Notes under the pieces: model-generated
Seen by the model: the letters and a program-made list of their open reading frames with translations, nothing else
What the model was told of the DNA's origin: nothing
Database searches by the model: none
Position numbers and translations under genes: made by a program
NCBI GenBank assembly: GCA_016794035.1
Contig: JAEUHS010000019.1
Location: 62,247-126,246 of the forward strand
Direction: 5' to 3'
DNA: 64,000 bases
Origin: Planctomycetota bacterium
Lineage (GTDB): Bacteria; Planctomycetota; UBA1135; UBA2386
Shown here: positions 34,580 to 48,260 of the stretch, in pieces
How the letters are laid out: every line of letters starts with the position of its first letter
How positions within the stretch are numbered: position 1 is the stretch's first letter

Positions 34580-37500
34580 TCACCGCGCCGGCGGCGCCAC
34601 TTCGCGGATCACGGCGCCGCGCTGGTCGTCGAGCACCAGCACCGCGTAGCGCTGCGCGCCGAGGTTCGGATCGTCGGACAGCGACGCGTAGTCGAAGCGA
34701 CCGCGCAGGTCGGTGTAGCCGTCCTTGTGGAAGCGGACCTGGCCGTTCGCCAGCTTGGCGAACACCTTGACGTAGGTCTTCGGCAGCGGCGTGTTGCCGG
34801 TCGAGTCGCTGACCGCGACCTGGCCCCATGATTCGAGGAAGCGCACCCGCAGCGCGTTGGCGAAGTAGGTCTGGGACCGCACCAGGCCGGCGCCGCGCAC
34901 CTCGACCAGCACGTTCTTGCTGACGAAGCGTTCGGGCAGGTCGAAGGCGAGTTCGCGTCCGCCGTCGGGCAGGGACCTGATCTCGCGCAGGTTCGGCTGC
35001 ACGAACGCCGCCGACGTGCCGTCGTCACTGGCGAACGGCCGTGAGGAGAACGCGAACTCGACGTCGAGTTCGTAGTAGCGCACCTCGCACTCCGGCAGGT
35101 TGCGGTAGGCGACGATCGCGCGCCGGCCGTCGAGCGCCAGTTCGAGCGACGGCGCCGTCGCCGCGAGATCGCTCGGTACCGCCTCGCCCTGGCCCGGGCT
35201 GGTGCGGCCTTCGGCCTCGTCGAGCTGGGCCAGCACGTCGGCGAAGCGCTGCTGCCAGTGCTCGACCGGGTGGTCCTTGTGGCGTTCGGCGGTGCGGCGT
35301 GCCCCGGCCAGGTCGCCGGTGAAGAACGCGAGGTAGGCCGACAGGTAGTCGTACTGCACGCGCGTGGTCCTGCGGCTGCCGTCGATGCGCGCGAAGCTGG
35401 CCAGCGCATCCTCGACCCGATCCTGCAGCAGCAGGTAGTAGGTGACCTGCGTCCAGTCCTCGTCGTCGAGCCGCTCGTGGTAGCCGAGCAGGTTCATCAG
35501 CGAGGCGTATTGCTGCGCCAGGTGCGCGTTGCCGATCACCCGCTGGCTGCCGAAGCGATGCGCCCGTGCGTGCACGAGCGGGTCGAGTTCGACGTGCTGG
35601 TACCCGCCACGTTCGATCGCGTCGATCGCCAGCAGCGGCGACTGCAGCCAGGCGCCGCAATGGGCGAGGAAGCCGTCCGCATGGCGCAGGAACTCCCGTG
35701 TGGCGTCGGTGTCGCGATGCAGCAGACCGTAGGACCACAGCGTGTCGTCGTAGACGTGGCGCGCCCGCAACTGCGCCAGCAGCGTGGTGAAGAACTCACG
35801 GTCGCGCAGGCGCCATGCCAGCTTGCTCAGGTCGAGGCGCTGCACGTTGGCGGCGGCGAGATGCGTCAGCACCTCCGCGGCGCTGCCCTGCTGCGAGACG
35901 TGCTCCCAGGACGTCGTGTCGATCGTCGTCGGCACCGCGACGACGTGCAGCGTGCGCGGCTCGGCGGCCGCCGCCAGCCGGCCCTTCTCGGATGCGTGCA
36001 CCGGGTAGTGCAGGTAGTCGCCGCCGGTCGGGAAGTAGAACGCATACTCGACGGTCGCCGTCGCGTACGGCTGCAGCTCGACCGGCATGCCCTTGGTCCA
36101 GAAGCCGCGGTTCAGCGGCAACGCGCCGGCCGGGATCTGCAGCAGCAGTTCGACGCTGCGCTTGCTCGAGGTCGGGTTGGTGACGACGACCTGGCAGCCG
36201 TAGCCGACGTCGACGAGGAACTCGCCGGTGACGTAGGCGTCGCGCCGTTCGCCGTTCTCGAACCGGTAGCGGTCGTCGAGCCGGAACAGGTTCTGGCCGA
36301 CCAGCAGCGGCGTCTGGTCCGCGACCGGCTCGGTCCTGGTCACTTCCTTGCGCACCAGCAGCAGCGGGGTCGCCGCTCGCAGCGTACGGCGATCGCCGTC
36401 GGCGGTCACCGAGTGCTCGCCGGCCGTGAACGGCAGGTCGAGCACGCTGAGCGCGAACATCGCCTCGAGGAAGCTGCCGCCGGCTTCGAGCACCGACGAC
36501 GACACGAACGGCTGGCCCGCCGGCGCCGTCGCGTAGTCGAGCCAGAACCGGTTCGGTGCGACGACGTCGGGCGTGGCCTCGTGCGCTCGCCGCTGCCAGT
36601 AGTTGCGTTCGACCACCAGCCTGGTCGGCTGCACGGCGCGGAACAGACGCTTGGCCGCGCCACGCTGATCGCTCTCCCGCTTCAGCTCCTCGACCTCGTT
36701 CTTGCGGGTCTGACCGAGGAAGAGGTCGTCGCCGCCGGCTTGCGGTTCCGCGGCCTGCCGACGGAGTTCACCACGGTCTTTGTCCTTCTTCGCGTCTTCC
36801 AGCTCCTCCGCGGCCTCGTCCATGACGGCCCGCTCGGGGGCGGGACTGGCGGCCGGCGGCGGCCCCATCTCGGCGGCCGGCCTTTCGGCTGCTTTCTTCT
36901 CCACGACCAGCAAGGTGCCGAGCGCGCCGGTCGCGCCGTCGACCGCCTGGTCGAGCTGCTGGCTGTGCAGCGCGAATCCGAACAGCCGGTCGAGCTGTTC
37001 CGGCGCCATCGGCCGCAGCTCCAGGGCCTCGCGTATCGAGCGGGCGATGCCCTGACGACCGGTCTCGTCGAGGCGTTGCGCCAGCAGGATGCGCTCGATC
37101 AGGTTCAGCCGCGCGAACGCCCATGGTTCCAGGAAGCCGGCGAGGTCGTCACCGAGCAGCCAGTGGTCGAGGAACGTCTTGTCGAGCTTGTCGGCGAGGA
37201 ACGGCTGCACCACGGCGGCGAAGAACTGCGGATCCTTGCGGAACAGGAAGAAGTGCAGCTCGTGGCACGCGTATCGGCTGTAGAGCGCGCGCTTCTGCGC
37301 GTCGTCGAGCAGCGGCCAGCGCAGCACGAAGTCGAACTGCGACAGCGCGGGGTCCTGGCAGAGCGTGGCCAGCAACCGGTGCACGGTGGCCAGCGAGTCG
37401 TAGACCTCGACCTGGGCCGAACGCGCGTCGGCGAGCACGGCCTGGCCGCCGGCGGCGACGAACTCGATGCGCTTCTGCTCGACGAAGTGCTGCGTGGTGT

Positions 37501-40500
37501 CGAGCGCCTCGCGCAGGTGCCGCGCGCGCGGCTGCAGCGGTGCCTCCTCGCGCAGCAGGGAGCCGTAGACGAGCTGCTCGCCGTCGATCGCGACGACGTG
37601 CACGATCTGACCGTCGCCGAGATCGGTCAGCGGCACGCGCACGACGCCGTCGGCGTCGGGCCGCAGGTTGGTGAGCAGCGGCGTCGCCCGTGGCAGGTAG
37701 TCGAGGTTGGCGAACGTGCCCGGCTCGATCCCGCCCTCCCGTTGCTCGTCGCGACTCTGGCCCGGGCCACCGCCCGCCTTGCCGCGGCTGCGTCCGCCGT
37801 AGCGGCCACCGGCGCCGCCGCCGAGGCCGATCGCGCTGTTCCAGGACTGGTCTTCGAGCGCCCATGGGTTCAGCAGCAGGCTCGGCCGGCGCAGCATGTT
37901 GCCCGGGTACTTCTTGGCGAACCGCCGTTCGAGCACGTAGCGGTACTCATCGCCGAGCTGGCGCCCGGAGTGGTAGCTGCTCGGCGTGCGTTCGGTCTCG
38001 ACCAGCACGCCGGCGGGCACCGGCGCGCCGAGCAGATCGACGAACGGTGAGAACGACGGCGTGAAGCGGCTCGCGACCACGTGCACGCGGGTGCTGCCGC
38101 TCGGGTTGGCGACACGCACGACCAGATCCTGATCGCCGAGTTCGAGGGCGCGTACCTGCAGCGGGGCCGGATCGCTGGCCTCGAGCACGCGGTCGCGGCC
38201 CACGAGCCAGCGATCGTCGCGCGCGCCGCGCGTGATGCGGATCGGGACCGTGGCGCCGCGCTCGTGCAGGGTCAGTTCGTAGTCGCCGGGTTCGAGGCCG
38301 CGCAACTCGAGGCAGCCATCGGCGATCGCCAGGTGGCTGAACTCGTCGCGTTCGCTGCCGAGCAGCGAGAACTCCGCGCGCGTGGGCGCCGCCGCCGTGC
38401 CCTGGTAGGGCAGGCGCAGCGTCTCGCCGGCCGCGCCCTGCAGGGCCGCCGGCAACGAGCAGGCGAACGCGTCGCGCAACCGGAACACCCCGGTGAAGCC
38501 CGCGGCCGAAGTGACCTGCATGCTGGTGACGTCCGGCAGCGTGCCAAGCTGGATGCGGCCCTGCGCGTCGGTCTGCAGCGTGACCGTGACGGGCTCGCGG
38601 TAGTCGCGGTGCTCCAAGTCCACACGGCACGGGATGCCGGTCTTGGCCTCGCCGTCCTTGCCGCGGGCTTCGAGCACGTAGCCCTGACGGGTCTGCAACA
38701 GCAGCACGCCGCTGGTCATCGGCGTCGCGTCGATGCCGTTGACGGCGAACGTGGTGGTGCTGCCCGACAACGTCGCGTCGTCGCCGGCGAGGTTCTTGAC
38801 CTTGCCGCGCAGGGTGACGCGCAACGACGCCAGGCGCTCGGGCACCGTGATCTCGTGCACCAGCTCCCGACCGTCGAGCAGCTGCAGGTCGCGTACGTCC
38901 TGCACGGTCTCCATGCCGTCCAGGTCGGTGGCGACGACGGCGAGCAGGGGTTCCTGCAGCAGCTTCAGCGACACCGCGTGGCCGTCGAGCCGCAGCTGCG
39001 GGCGCAGCACGATGCGCGCCTTCTTGCCGGCGACCAGGGCTTCACGGTCGACGTGGGCGGCGCCGAACAACTGATACTGCTCCGCGCGATGGTCGAACGA
39101 CACCAGCGACGAGCGATTGCCGCGATGCAACACGACCTGTCGCTGCCCCGGATCGGTCGAGAACGGCAGCAGGATCTCGCCATCCGCATCCGCCGGATAG
39201 TCGCGACCGCCGAACCAGATCGCGGCGTCCTTCTGGTGCACGCCGGCTTCGTCGTAGACGCGGAACACCTGGCCCGCGGCCGCCGTCCGCTCGACGCAGC
39301 GCAGGCTGCCCTTGTGGATCACGGCGCGACTGCTGAGCCCGTTGCCGACGAACTCGACCACGTAGGTGCCGGGGTCGCGCAGCATCGGCAGGTCGAACGT
39401 TCGGCGTACGCGGCGCACCGGCGGCTCGGTGTAGGTGAACGTCTGCTCGGAGTTGGCGACGACGCCGTCGAGTTCGATCGACGCATCGACCTCGCGCTGC
39501 CGCTCGGTGTGATAGCGATAGCTGTCGATCGCGAACACCTTGACCAGCAGCGTCGGCACGTTCTTGACGTCGACGGCGAGCTGCACCGCCTCGTCGGCGG
39601 CGTAGCGGCTGCGCGACGTGCGCGCGAACTCGATCTCGACCCGGCGTTCGAGGCGGTCGAGCCAGGCGGGATCGGGCAGCAGCGAGTACCAGCGCTCCAT
39701 GTCGCCCTGCCCGAGCAGGATCTTCGTCTCGGCGAGCACGAGCTTCAGCCAATCGACGTCCAGGAACTCGGCGTAGGCCGCGTAGGTGTCCTCGGTGGTG
39801 AAGAAGTGTTCGAGGCAGGCGCGCACCAGTGCCTCGTCGTCGCCGATCGGCGGCAGCCCGGTCGCGAACCGGGTCGCGGCGTCGACGAACTCGTCGGCGC
39901 GCTGGAAGCGCCGCAGATGCTGTTCGGCCGCGTGGCCGCCGCGCCGCGGCAGCCGGATGTAGGCGAGGAAGCGATCCTTGTCGGGCGCTCCCTGCGTCAG
40001 GTCGTGTGAGAGCCAATGGAACAGCACGTGTGCCTTCAGCGAGTTGTGCGCCGACGACAGGCGCTGCGCGAACTGCCACAGCCGGCCGAGCTGCGCCGCA
40101 CGCGCGGTCGGATCGAGCCGCCAGTCGGTGTCGGTGTCCGGCTGCAGCCGGGTCAGGTAGGCGTCGACGAACGCGCGTTCCTGCAGCAGCGCCGGCCGCA
40201 GCCGCGCGCACTCCTCGAGCTGGGCCAGACGCAGTTCGCCGTGGACCCGCACGGTGCCGAAGCCGCGGCTCTGGCGGTGGTCGAGGTCGCGCACGATCAG
40301 CGCCGGCAGGTTGTCGACGTCGGGACGCGAGAGGCGCGCCAGCAGGCTGTGCAGGCGGTTGGCGTCGAGGTTCGTCTGCAGCAGAGCCGGCAGCGCACGG
40401 TCGGTGAAGCCGTCGACCGTGTCGGGATGCTGCTGCAGCGCGCGTTGCGTCAGCCGCTGGTTCGAGAGCAGTTCGGCGTCGAGCCGGGACGGCAGGTCGC

Positions 40501-40891
40501 TGCGTTCGCCGGGCACGACGCGCTGGTGGTCGAAGCGCAGCCCGAGGCGATCGCGAAGAAACGAGAACGTGCGCTCCGGATCGTCGCCGAACGACAGCAA
40601 CGCCTCGCGGTTCTCGATCTCGATCACGCGCTCGTTGTGACCGTGGCGCTGGATCCAGGTCGGCAGCACCGCCCGCACCGTGGCGAAGTCGCGCGCGTCG
40701 AGCCGCTCACGACAGTGGTAGTAGTAGTAGTCGTCGGTGCCGGGGATCAGCGTCGCGACCGCCTGGGCGCGGTCCGTGGCCAGCGCGTAGGTCTCCTCGA
40801 AGCCGATCGGCGTGCCCTGCGCGGCGAGGCCGGCGGCGAGGGTGGCGAAGACGAACAGAGAGAGCGAGCGGCCGGGGCGTTCGGTGGACAT
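34580..40891 (-). CDS. Giant secreted protein (2103 aa), function unknown
   Basis: From the ATG at 40891: signal peptide MSTERPGRSLSLFVFATLAAGLAAQG. The N-terminal and C-terminal parts are helical. The centre is beta-sandwich-like repeats with a Gly/Arg-rich linker (GLGGGAGGRYGGRSRGKAGGGPGQ). Protein-like composition is uninterrupted over 6.3 kb. Confidence 0.75.
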   Translation of the reverse strand: MSTERPGRSLSLFVFATLAAGLAAQGTPIGFEETYALATDRAQAVATLIPGTDDYYYYHCRERLDARDFATVRAVLPTWIQRHGHNERVIEIENREALLSFGDDPERTFSFLRDRLGLRFDHQRVVPGERSDLPSRLDAELLSNQRLTQRALQQHPDTVDGFTDRALPALLQTNLDANRLHSLLARLSRPDVDNLPALIVRDLDHRQSRGFGTVRVHGELRLAQLEECARLRPALLQERAFVDAYLTRLQPDTDTDWRLDPTARAAQLGRLWQFAQRLSSAHNSLKAHVLFHWLSHDLTQGAPDKDRFLAYIRLPRRGGHAAEQHLRRFQRADEFVDAATRFATGLPPIGDDEALVRACLEHFFTTEDTYAAYAEFLDVDWLKLVLAETKILLGQGDMERWYSLLPDPAWLDRLERRVEIEFARTSRSRYAADEAVQLAVDVKNVPTLLVKVFAIDSYRYHTERQREVDASIELDGVVANSEQTFTYTEPPVRRVRRTFDLPMLRDPGTYVVEFVGNGLSSRAVIHKGSLRCVERTAAAGQVFRVYDEAGVHQKDAAIWFGGRDYPADADGEILLPFSTDPGQRQVVLHRGNRSSLVSFDHRAEQYQLFGAAHVDREALVAGKKARIVLRPQLRLDGHAVSLKLLQEPLLAVVATDLDGMETVQDVRDLQLLDGRELVHEITVPERLASLRVTLRGKVKNLAGDDATLSGSTTTFAVNGIDATPMTSGVLLLQTRQGYVLEARGKDGEAKTGIPCRVDLEHRDYREPVTVTLQTDAQGRIQLGTLPDVTSMQVTSAAGFTGVFRLRDAFACSLPAALQGAAGETLRLPYQGTAAAPTRAEFSLLGSERDEFSHLAIADGCLELRGLEPGDYELTLHERGATVPIRITRGARDDRWLVGRDRVLEASDPAPLQVRALELGDQDLVVRVANPSGSTRVHVVASRFTPSFSPFVDLLGAPVPAGVLVETERTPSSYHSGRQLGDEYRYVLERRFAKKYPGNMLRRPSLLLNPWALEDQSWNSAIGLGGGAGGRYGGRSRGKAGGGPGQSRDEQREGGIEPGTFANLDYLPRATPLLTNLRPDADGVVRVPLTDLGDGQIVHVVAIDGEQLVYGSLLREEAPLQPRARHLREALDTTQHFVEQKRIEFVAAGGQAVLADARSAQVEVYDSLATVHRLLATLCQDPALSQFDFVLRWPLLDDAQKRALYSRYACHELHFFLFRKDPQFFAAVVQPFLADKLDKTFLDHWLLGDDLAGFLEPWAFARLNLIERILLAQRLDETGRQGIARSIREALELRPMAPEQLDRLFGFALHSQQLDQAVDGATGALGTLLVVEKKAAERPAAEMGPPPAASPAPERAVMDEAAEELEDAKKDKDRGELRRQAAEPQAGGDDLFLGQTRKNEVEELKRESDQRGAAKRLFRAVQPTRLVVERNYWQRRAHEATPDVVAPNRFWLDYATAPAGQPFVSSSVLEAGGSFLEAMFALSVLDLPFTAGEHSVTADGDRRTLRAATPLLLVRKEVTRTEPVADQTPLLVGQNLFRLDDRYRFENGERRDAYVTGEFLVDVGYGCQVVVTNPTSSKRSVELLLQIPAGALPLNRGFWTKGMPVELQPYATATVEYAFYFPTGGDYLHYPVHASEKGRLAAAAEPRTLHVVAVPTTIDTTSWEHVSQQGSAAEVLTHLAAANVQRLDLSKLAWRLRDREFFTTLLAQLRARHVYDDTLWSYGLLHRDTDATREFLRHADGFLAHCGAWLQSPLLAIDAIERGGYQHVELDPLVHARAHRFGSQRVIGNAHLAQQYASLMNLLGYHERLDDEDWTQVTYYLLLQDRVEDALASFARIDGSRRTTRVQYDYLSAYLAFFTGDLAGARRTAERHKDHPVEHWQQRFADVLAQLDEAEGRTSPGQGEAVPSDLAATAPSLELALDGRRAIVAYRNLPECEVRYYELDVEFAFSSRPFASDDGTSAAFVQPNLREIRSLPDGGRELAFDLPERFVSKNVLVEVRGAGLVRSQTYFANALRVRFLESWGQVAVSDSTGNTPLPKTYVKVFAKLANGQVRFHKDGYTDLRGRFDYASLSDDPNLGAQRYAVLVLDDQRGAVIREVAPPAR

Positions 40892-41069
40892 GGCGGTTCC
40901 GGGATTCGTCGGACGGGCCGATGGCAACGGTGCGTGACAGCCCGCGGATCGCTGATTGTGCCGCGTCGGCGAGGAATCTCGCCAGGTCCGTGCACATCGC
41001 GGTGGGCGGCGGCCGAACGCGACGCGCGGCGGCAAGTTCCGGCGCCGGCGGATCGGGGCCTGCGGCGGG

Positions 41070-42344
41070 CTACAGCTGCTTCTGGATGCGGTCGTCGAGC
41101 GCCTGCTGGTCCTGCGTGAAGCTGGCCAGCGCCGCCGCGGTCAGCACGCCGTCCCAACTCGCCGTGCCGGCACGCACCCGGTCCTTCCAGCTCGCGTAGA
41201 CGGGGATCTTGCCTTCCTTGGTGACCTTCGCGGCCTCGCCGGGCGAGAACTGTGGGAACAGGTCGCCGGCGCCGTGCGCGGCCAGCGTGCCGAGCACGTC
41301 CTTGGCCGTGGCCGTGCGCGGATCCAGCCTGGCGGCTGCGGCGGCCGCCCGTTCGAACCCCGGCGTGATCTCCCAGAAGCAGTTCAGCTTCTCGGCGCCT
41401 GCATCGATGCCGGCGGCGAACGTCACCGTCGGGTCGTTCCTGGTCTTGTCGGTGATCGCCGCGGCAGGCGGGTTCTTCTTGACGAACTCCTTGGCCGCGG
41501 CGGTCGGCATCGTGAAGACGTCGAGTCCGAGCAGGTCCTCGCACTGCTGGCCGCTGCGCATCGAGGCGCCGATCTGCCGCACGTGCAGCCTGGTCTGGTC
41601 GCGCAGCCGCCGCAGGCCGCGCTGGCTCGCGAGCGTCGCCTTCTCGCCGGCATTGACGCCGTCGCCGAGCTTGTTGTCGGCGACGAAGGCGTTGATGCGG
41701 CCCATGAACACGTTGCACCAGGTCGGTTGCGCGAGCTGCGCGATCAGCCAGTTCTGCCGCGCCGAGAAGCCGAGCGTGAAGTTGAGCCGGATGCCGTCGT
41801 CGTGCAGGCGCCGCGCGGCCAGCAGACCGGCTGGCGTCAGCGGTACCTTGACGATGAACCGGTCCGGGCAGATCGCCGCGAAGCGCTTGCCGTACTGGTA
41901 GCTGGCCTCGGCGTCGTTGCCGAGCGCCGTGTGCAGCTCGACCGAGACGTCGGCGTCGAACGTGCGCACGAGCTTCAGGCCGTGCACGGCGTTGAGCACG
42001 AACGCGATCTCCTGCACGAGGCGATCGGCCGGCATCTTCGCATCCGCCTTGCGCAGCAGCGCCGCGGCGTCGGGCACGAGCTGGTCGTAGATGCCCTTCT
42101 GCACTTCCTTGTTCAGCAGCGTGTTGTTGGTCGTCAGCGCGACGAACTCGCGTACCCACAGCTCGCGCGCCGCGTCGACGTCGCCGGTGTCCAGCCACAG
42201 CGCGGTGCCGGTCCTGGCGACGGCGGCCCACAGCGGCGAACTCGGGAAGCTGTCGCGCTTCGCCTGCGGCTGCGTCACCTGCTTGGCGCAGAACTCGGCG
42301 ACTTCCTTGGCGAGGCGGGAATCGTGCTTGGGGGCTTCGTTCAT
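41070..42344 (-). CDS. Transaldolase-family protein (long form)
   Basis: LWLDTGD, TTNNTLL, FIVKVPLTPAGLLAARRL (active-site Lys region) and NFTLGFSARQ follow transaldolase-fold motifs. I chose the ATG at 42344; an upstream ATG at 42377 is possible. Confidence 0.7.
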   Translation of the reverse strand: MNEAPKHDSRLAKEVAEFCAKQVTQPQAKRDSFPSSPLWAAVARTGTALWLDTGDVDAARELWVREFVALTTNNTLLNKEVQKGIYDQLVPDAAALLRKADAKMPADRLVQEIAFVLNAVHGLKLVRTFDADVSVELHTALGNDAEASYQYGKRFAAICPDRFIVKVPLTPAGLLAARRLHDDGIRLNFTLGFSARQNWLIAQLAQPTWCNVFMGRINAFVADNKLGDGVNAGEKATLASQRGLRRLRDQTRLHVRQIGASMRSGQQCEDLLGLDVFTMPTAAAKEFVKKNPPAAAITDKTRNDPTVTFAAGIDAGAEKLNCFWEITPGFERAAAAAARLDPRTATAKDVLGTLAAHGAGDLFPQFSPGEAAKVTKEGKIPVYASWKDRVRAGTASWDGVLTAAALASFTQDQQALDDRIQKQL

Positions 42345-42431
42345 GGCGGTCTCGGCGCAGCGGACGTGAACCCGCATGCTATGCGTGCACCGGAGCCGCC
42401 GCGAGCGCTTCTTCGGTGGCGGCGGCCGAGC

Positions 42432-45719
<3,288 letters not shown>

Positions 45720-45911
45720 TGCGGGCGAGGACTACACCGCATGCGGATGCGCGGTGCGAGCGGAAAGTGCCGCCGCGGCGGCGCGGTCTCCACGCGCCGC
45801 GCCCGATACCTTGGCAAGTGTGCACGCGCCGGCACAAGTCGACCTTCGGTTCGGGTTTGCACCGGCGGCGCGGTTCCACTCGCTGTGGACAACGGCACCG
45901 CGCCCGGCTGC

Positions 45912-48146
45912 CTAGTAGGCGAGCGTCGCGCGCACGATGTTGCTGGCCGCGGCGCCCGGCAGCAGCGGGCAGCCGACGTAGTTGACGTTGAGCGTCACGA
46001 ACTGGAACTCGATCTGGAAGCCGAGGTACGACGGATCGGTCGGCGCCGCGAAGGTGGTCACCGCGGTGCCGGCGACGTTGGGCACGAACCAACTGCCGAG
46101 CGCCTGGATCGCGCTGCAGACGCCGCACTGCAGATGCTGGGCCGGCAGGCCGATCAGGAAGTACGGGATCGCCAGCGGCTGCGCTCCGTACAGCTCGAAC
46201 GAGAACGTCGCGTTGCCGAACGCATACGGGCCCGGCGCGACCGCCAGGCCGCCGGGACCGCAGCCGCCGCCGAGGTCGACGATCGGCCCGCCGGGGCCCA
46301 TCGACTCGACCAGTTGCAGACCGACGTTGCTGTCGAACGTCGTCACGCTCTGGTCCGCGAACACGCACAGGCCGTCGTCCGCGCTGGTGTCCGGGTCGCC
46401 GTCGCGGCGGCCGATCAGGCGCGGGATGTGTTCGTAGCGGTAGTCGTTGCCGGGCGTCAGGTCGAGCCGCAGCTCGTCGCCGACCGGCGTGCCGTTGGCC
46501 GCGATCGCCTTGAAGAACACGTCGTCGCCGAACGCCGGTCCCGCGATCCCGCCCATGTAGGCGATGCCGAACTTGTCGCCGAGCAGCGCCACGTCGACGG
46601 CGTAGTCGAGGTCGCCGGGAAACGCGACGAGGTCGGTCACGGTGCCGAGGCTCGTGATCCCGTTCGCCCCCACGGTGAGCAGCCGGCTCTTGATGTCGGT
46701 CGACGACGGATTGGCGAGCTCCTGTTCCTCCCAGGCGACCAGGAACTTGAAGCCGTCGCCGTCGACCGCCGACCAGCCGGTGTCCTGCGGCGTGTTCTGC
46801 ACCCAGGCGCCCGGGCCGATCAGGTTCATGTCGTTGTCGACGACCTGCGCGCGGATCCAGCCCGGTGAGCCCGGTGGGCGGTCGGTCCAGGTGACCAGGT
46901 GCATGCCCGGGTTGCCGCCCTGCTTGCTGATCGCCGGCTCGGTGACGTTGCCGCCGGCGATCTGCACGATCGGCGACGCGCTCGGCTGCAGGTTCGGGTC
47001 GATCGACACGGTGCAACCGAGCAGGCCGTAGGTGTCGTCGAGCCACGCGACGAGGCAGTCGTCGTCGTAGACCGTCGCCTCGCTGCTGATCACCGGCGAC
47101 CACACGTTCGCGGGCCCGTCGATCGTGAACACGCCGGTCGCGACGGCCTGCGTCGGCTCGAACGCGAGCCCGGAGATCGAACTGCTGGTGCCCTGGTAGT
47201 TGACCCAGACCAGCACGAACAGGCCGGTGCCGGCGATGGTGCCGACCCGCACGCCGTCCTCGTCGCCGGTCTGGTTGATCGCGAACGCGTAGCCGAAGCC
47301 GAGCGTGCCGGCGAGCCACACGCTGGCCACGATGCCGGTGGTGCCGCCGCCGAAGAACTGCGTCCAGGCGACGCAGTAGGAGCCGCTCCAGGAGTCGAAG
47401 GCGACGTCGGGGAAGTCGCAGTCGGCGCCGGCGAGGGCCTCGACCGCGGTCGAGATCAGCGGGTCGAGTTCGAGCGGATAGCTCGCGCCGTCGACGAACG
47501 CGGCCGGCAGCGACAGTTCGCAGCCGCCGTCGGTGTGGCGCGCGGTGCCGCGGCAGCGACGGCCCGCGGCGTCGATGCCGACGACGTCGCCGAGCGAAAC
47601 GCCGCCGCCGCGTTCGTTCCGCCACGCGAGGTGGTCGCCGGCCGCGCGCGGCAGCGCGGTCTCGACCGCCAGCTGCACGACCAGGTCGCCGCGGCCGGGC
47701 GGCGGCGCCGCCAGCACGAAGCTCTGCTTCAGGCCGCCGGCGCGCGTCTCGTAGCGCTCGACGACGCCGGGCCACTGGTAGCGCACGAAGCTGCGGTCGT
47801 GGCTGCGCGAAGGCGTCGCGTCGGCGGTGCGCAGCAGCGTCGCGTCACCGCGCGCCATCGCCACGAACCGCAGGCGCCACGGTTCGGCGCGCGGCGCGTC
47901 CTTGCCCAATGCCGGCAGGTACTCGACGTCACGGTCGCCGAAGGTGGCGCGGTAGCGGCGCGCGCAGCCGAGCAGCGCGCCGTCGTGCTCCATCACCGAG
48001 GCGAACTCGCCGGCCAGCAGCGCGGGCGGCGCGTCGCGCGACGAACGCGGCGTCGGCGGCTGCTGTGCGCACAGGCCGGCGGCCAGGACCTGCGCGAGCA
48101 GGAGCCACGGCCACGGCAGGAGACGGTGCCACGCGGGGGAGGCCAT
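45912..48146 (-). CDS. Secreted hypothetical protein (744 aa)
   Basis: Signal peptide MASPAWHRLLPWPWLLLAQVLAAGLCAQ. Beta-rich and Gly/Asp/Thr-rich with several Cys pairs. I recognise no family. Confidence 0.7.
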   Translation of the reverse strand: MASPAWHRLLPWPWLLLAQVLAAGLCAQQPPTPRSSRDAPPALLAGEFASVMEHDGALLGCARRYRATFGDRDVEYLPALGKDAPRAEPWRLRFVAMARGDATLLRTADATPSRSHDRSFVRYQWPGVVERYETRAGGLKQSFVLAAPPPGRGDLVVQLAVETALPRAAGDHLAWRNERGGGVSLGDVVGIDAAGRRCRGTARHTDGGCELSLPAAFVDGASYPLELDPLISTAVEALAGADCDFPDVAFDSWSGSYCVAWTQFFGGGTTGIVASVWLAGTLGFGYAFAINQTGDEDGVRVGTIAGTGLFVLVWVNYQGTSSSISGLAFEPTQAVATGVFTIDGPANVWSPVISSEATVYDDDCLVAWLDDTYGLLGCTVSIDPNLQPSASPIVQIAGGNVTEPAISKQGGNPGMHLVTWTDRPPGSPGWIRAQVVDNDMNLIGPGAWVQNTPQDTGWSAVDGDGFKFLVAWEEQELANPSSTDIKSRLLTVGANGITSLGTVTDLVAFPGDLDYAVDVALLGDKFGIAYMGGIAGPAFGDDVFFKAIAANGTPVGDELRLDLTPGNDYRYEHIPRLIGRRDGDPDTSADDGLCVFADQSVTTFDSNVGLQLVESMGPGGPIVDLGGGCGPGGLAVAPGPYAFGNATFSFELYGAQPLAIPYFLIGLPAQHLQCGVCSAIQALGSWFVPNVAGTAVTTFAAPTDPSYLGFQIEFQFVTLNVNYVGCPLLPGAAASNIVRATLAY

Positions 48147-48260
48147 CTGGGGAGGGTTCCGACCAGAAGGCTACTTCGCGGGCGCGGCGGCGGCCGGGCG
48201 ACGACCGCCGGCGCGCGTGGTCGCGCCGATGGCAGCGACGGCAGGCTCCCGGCGACCGGG

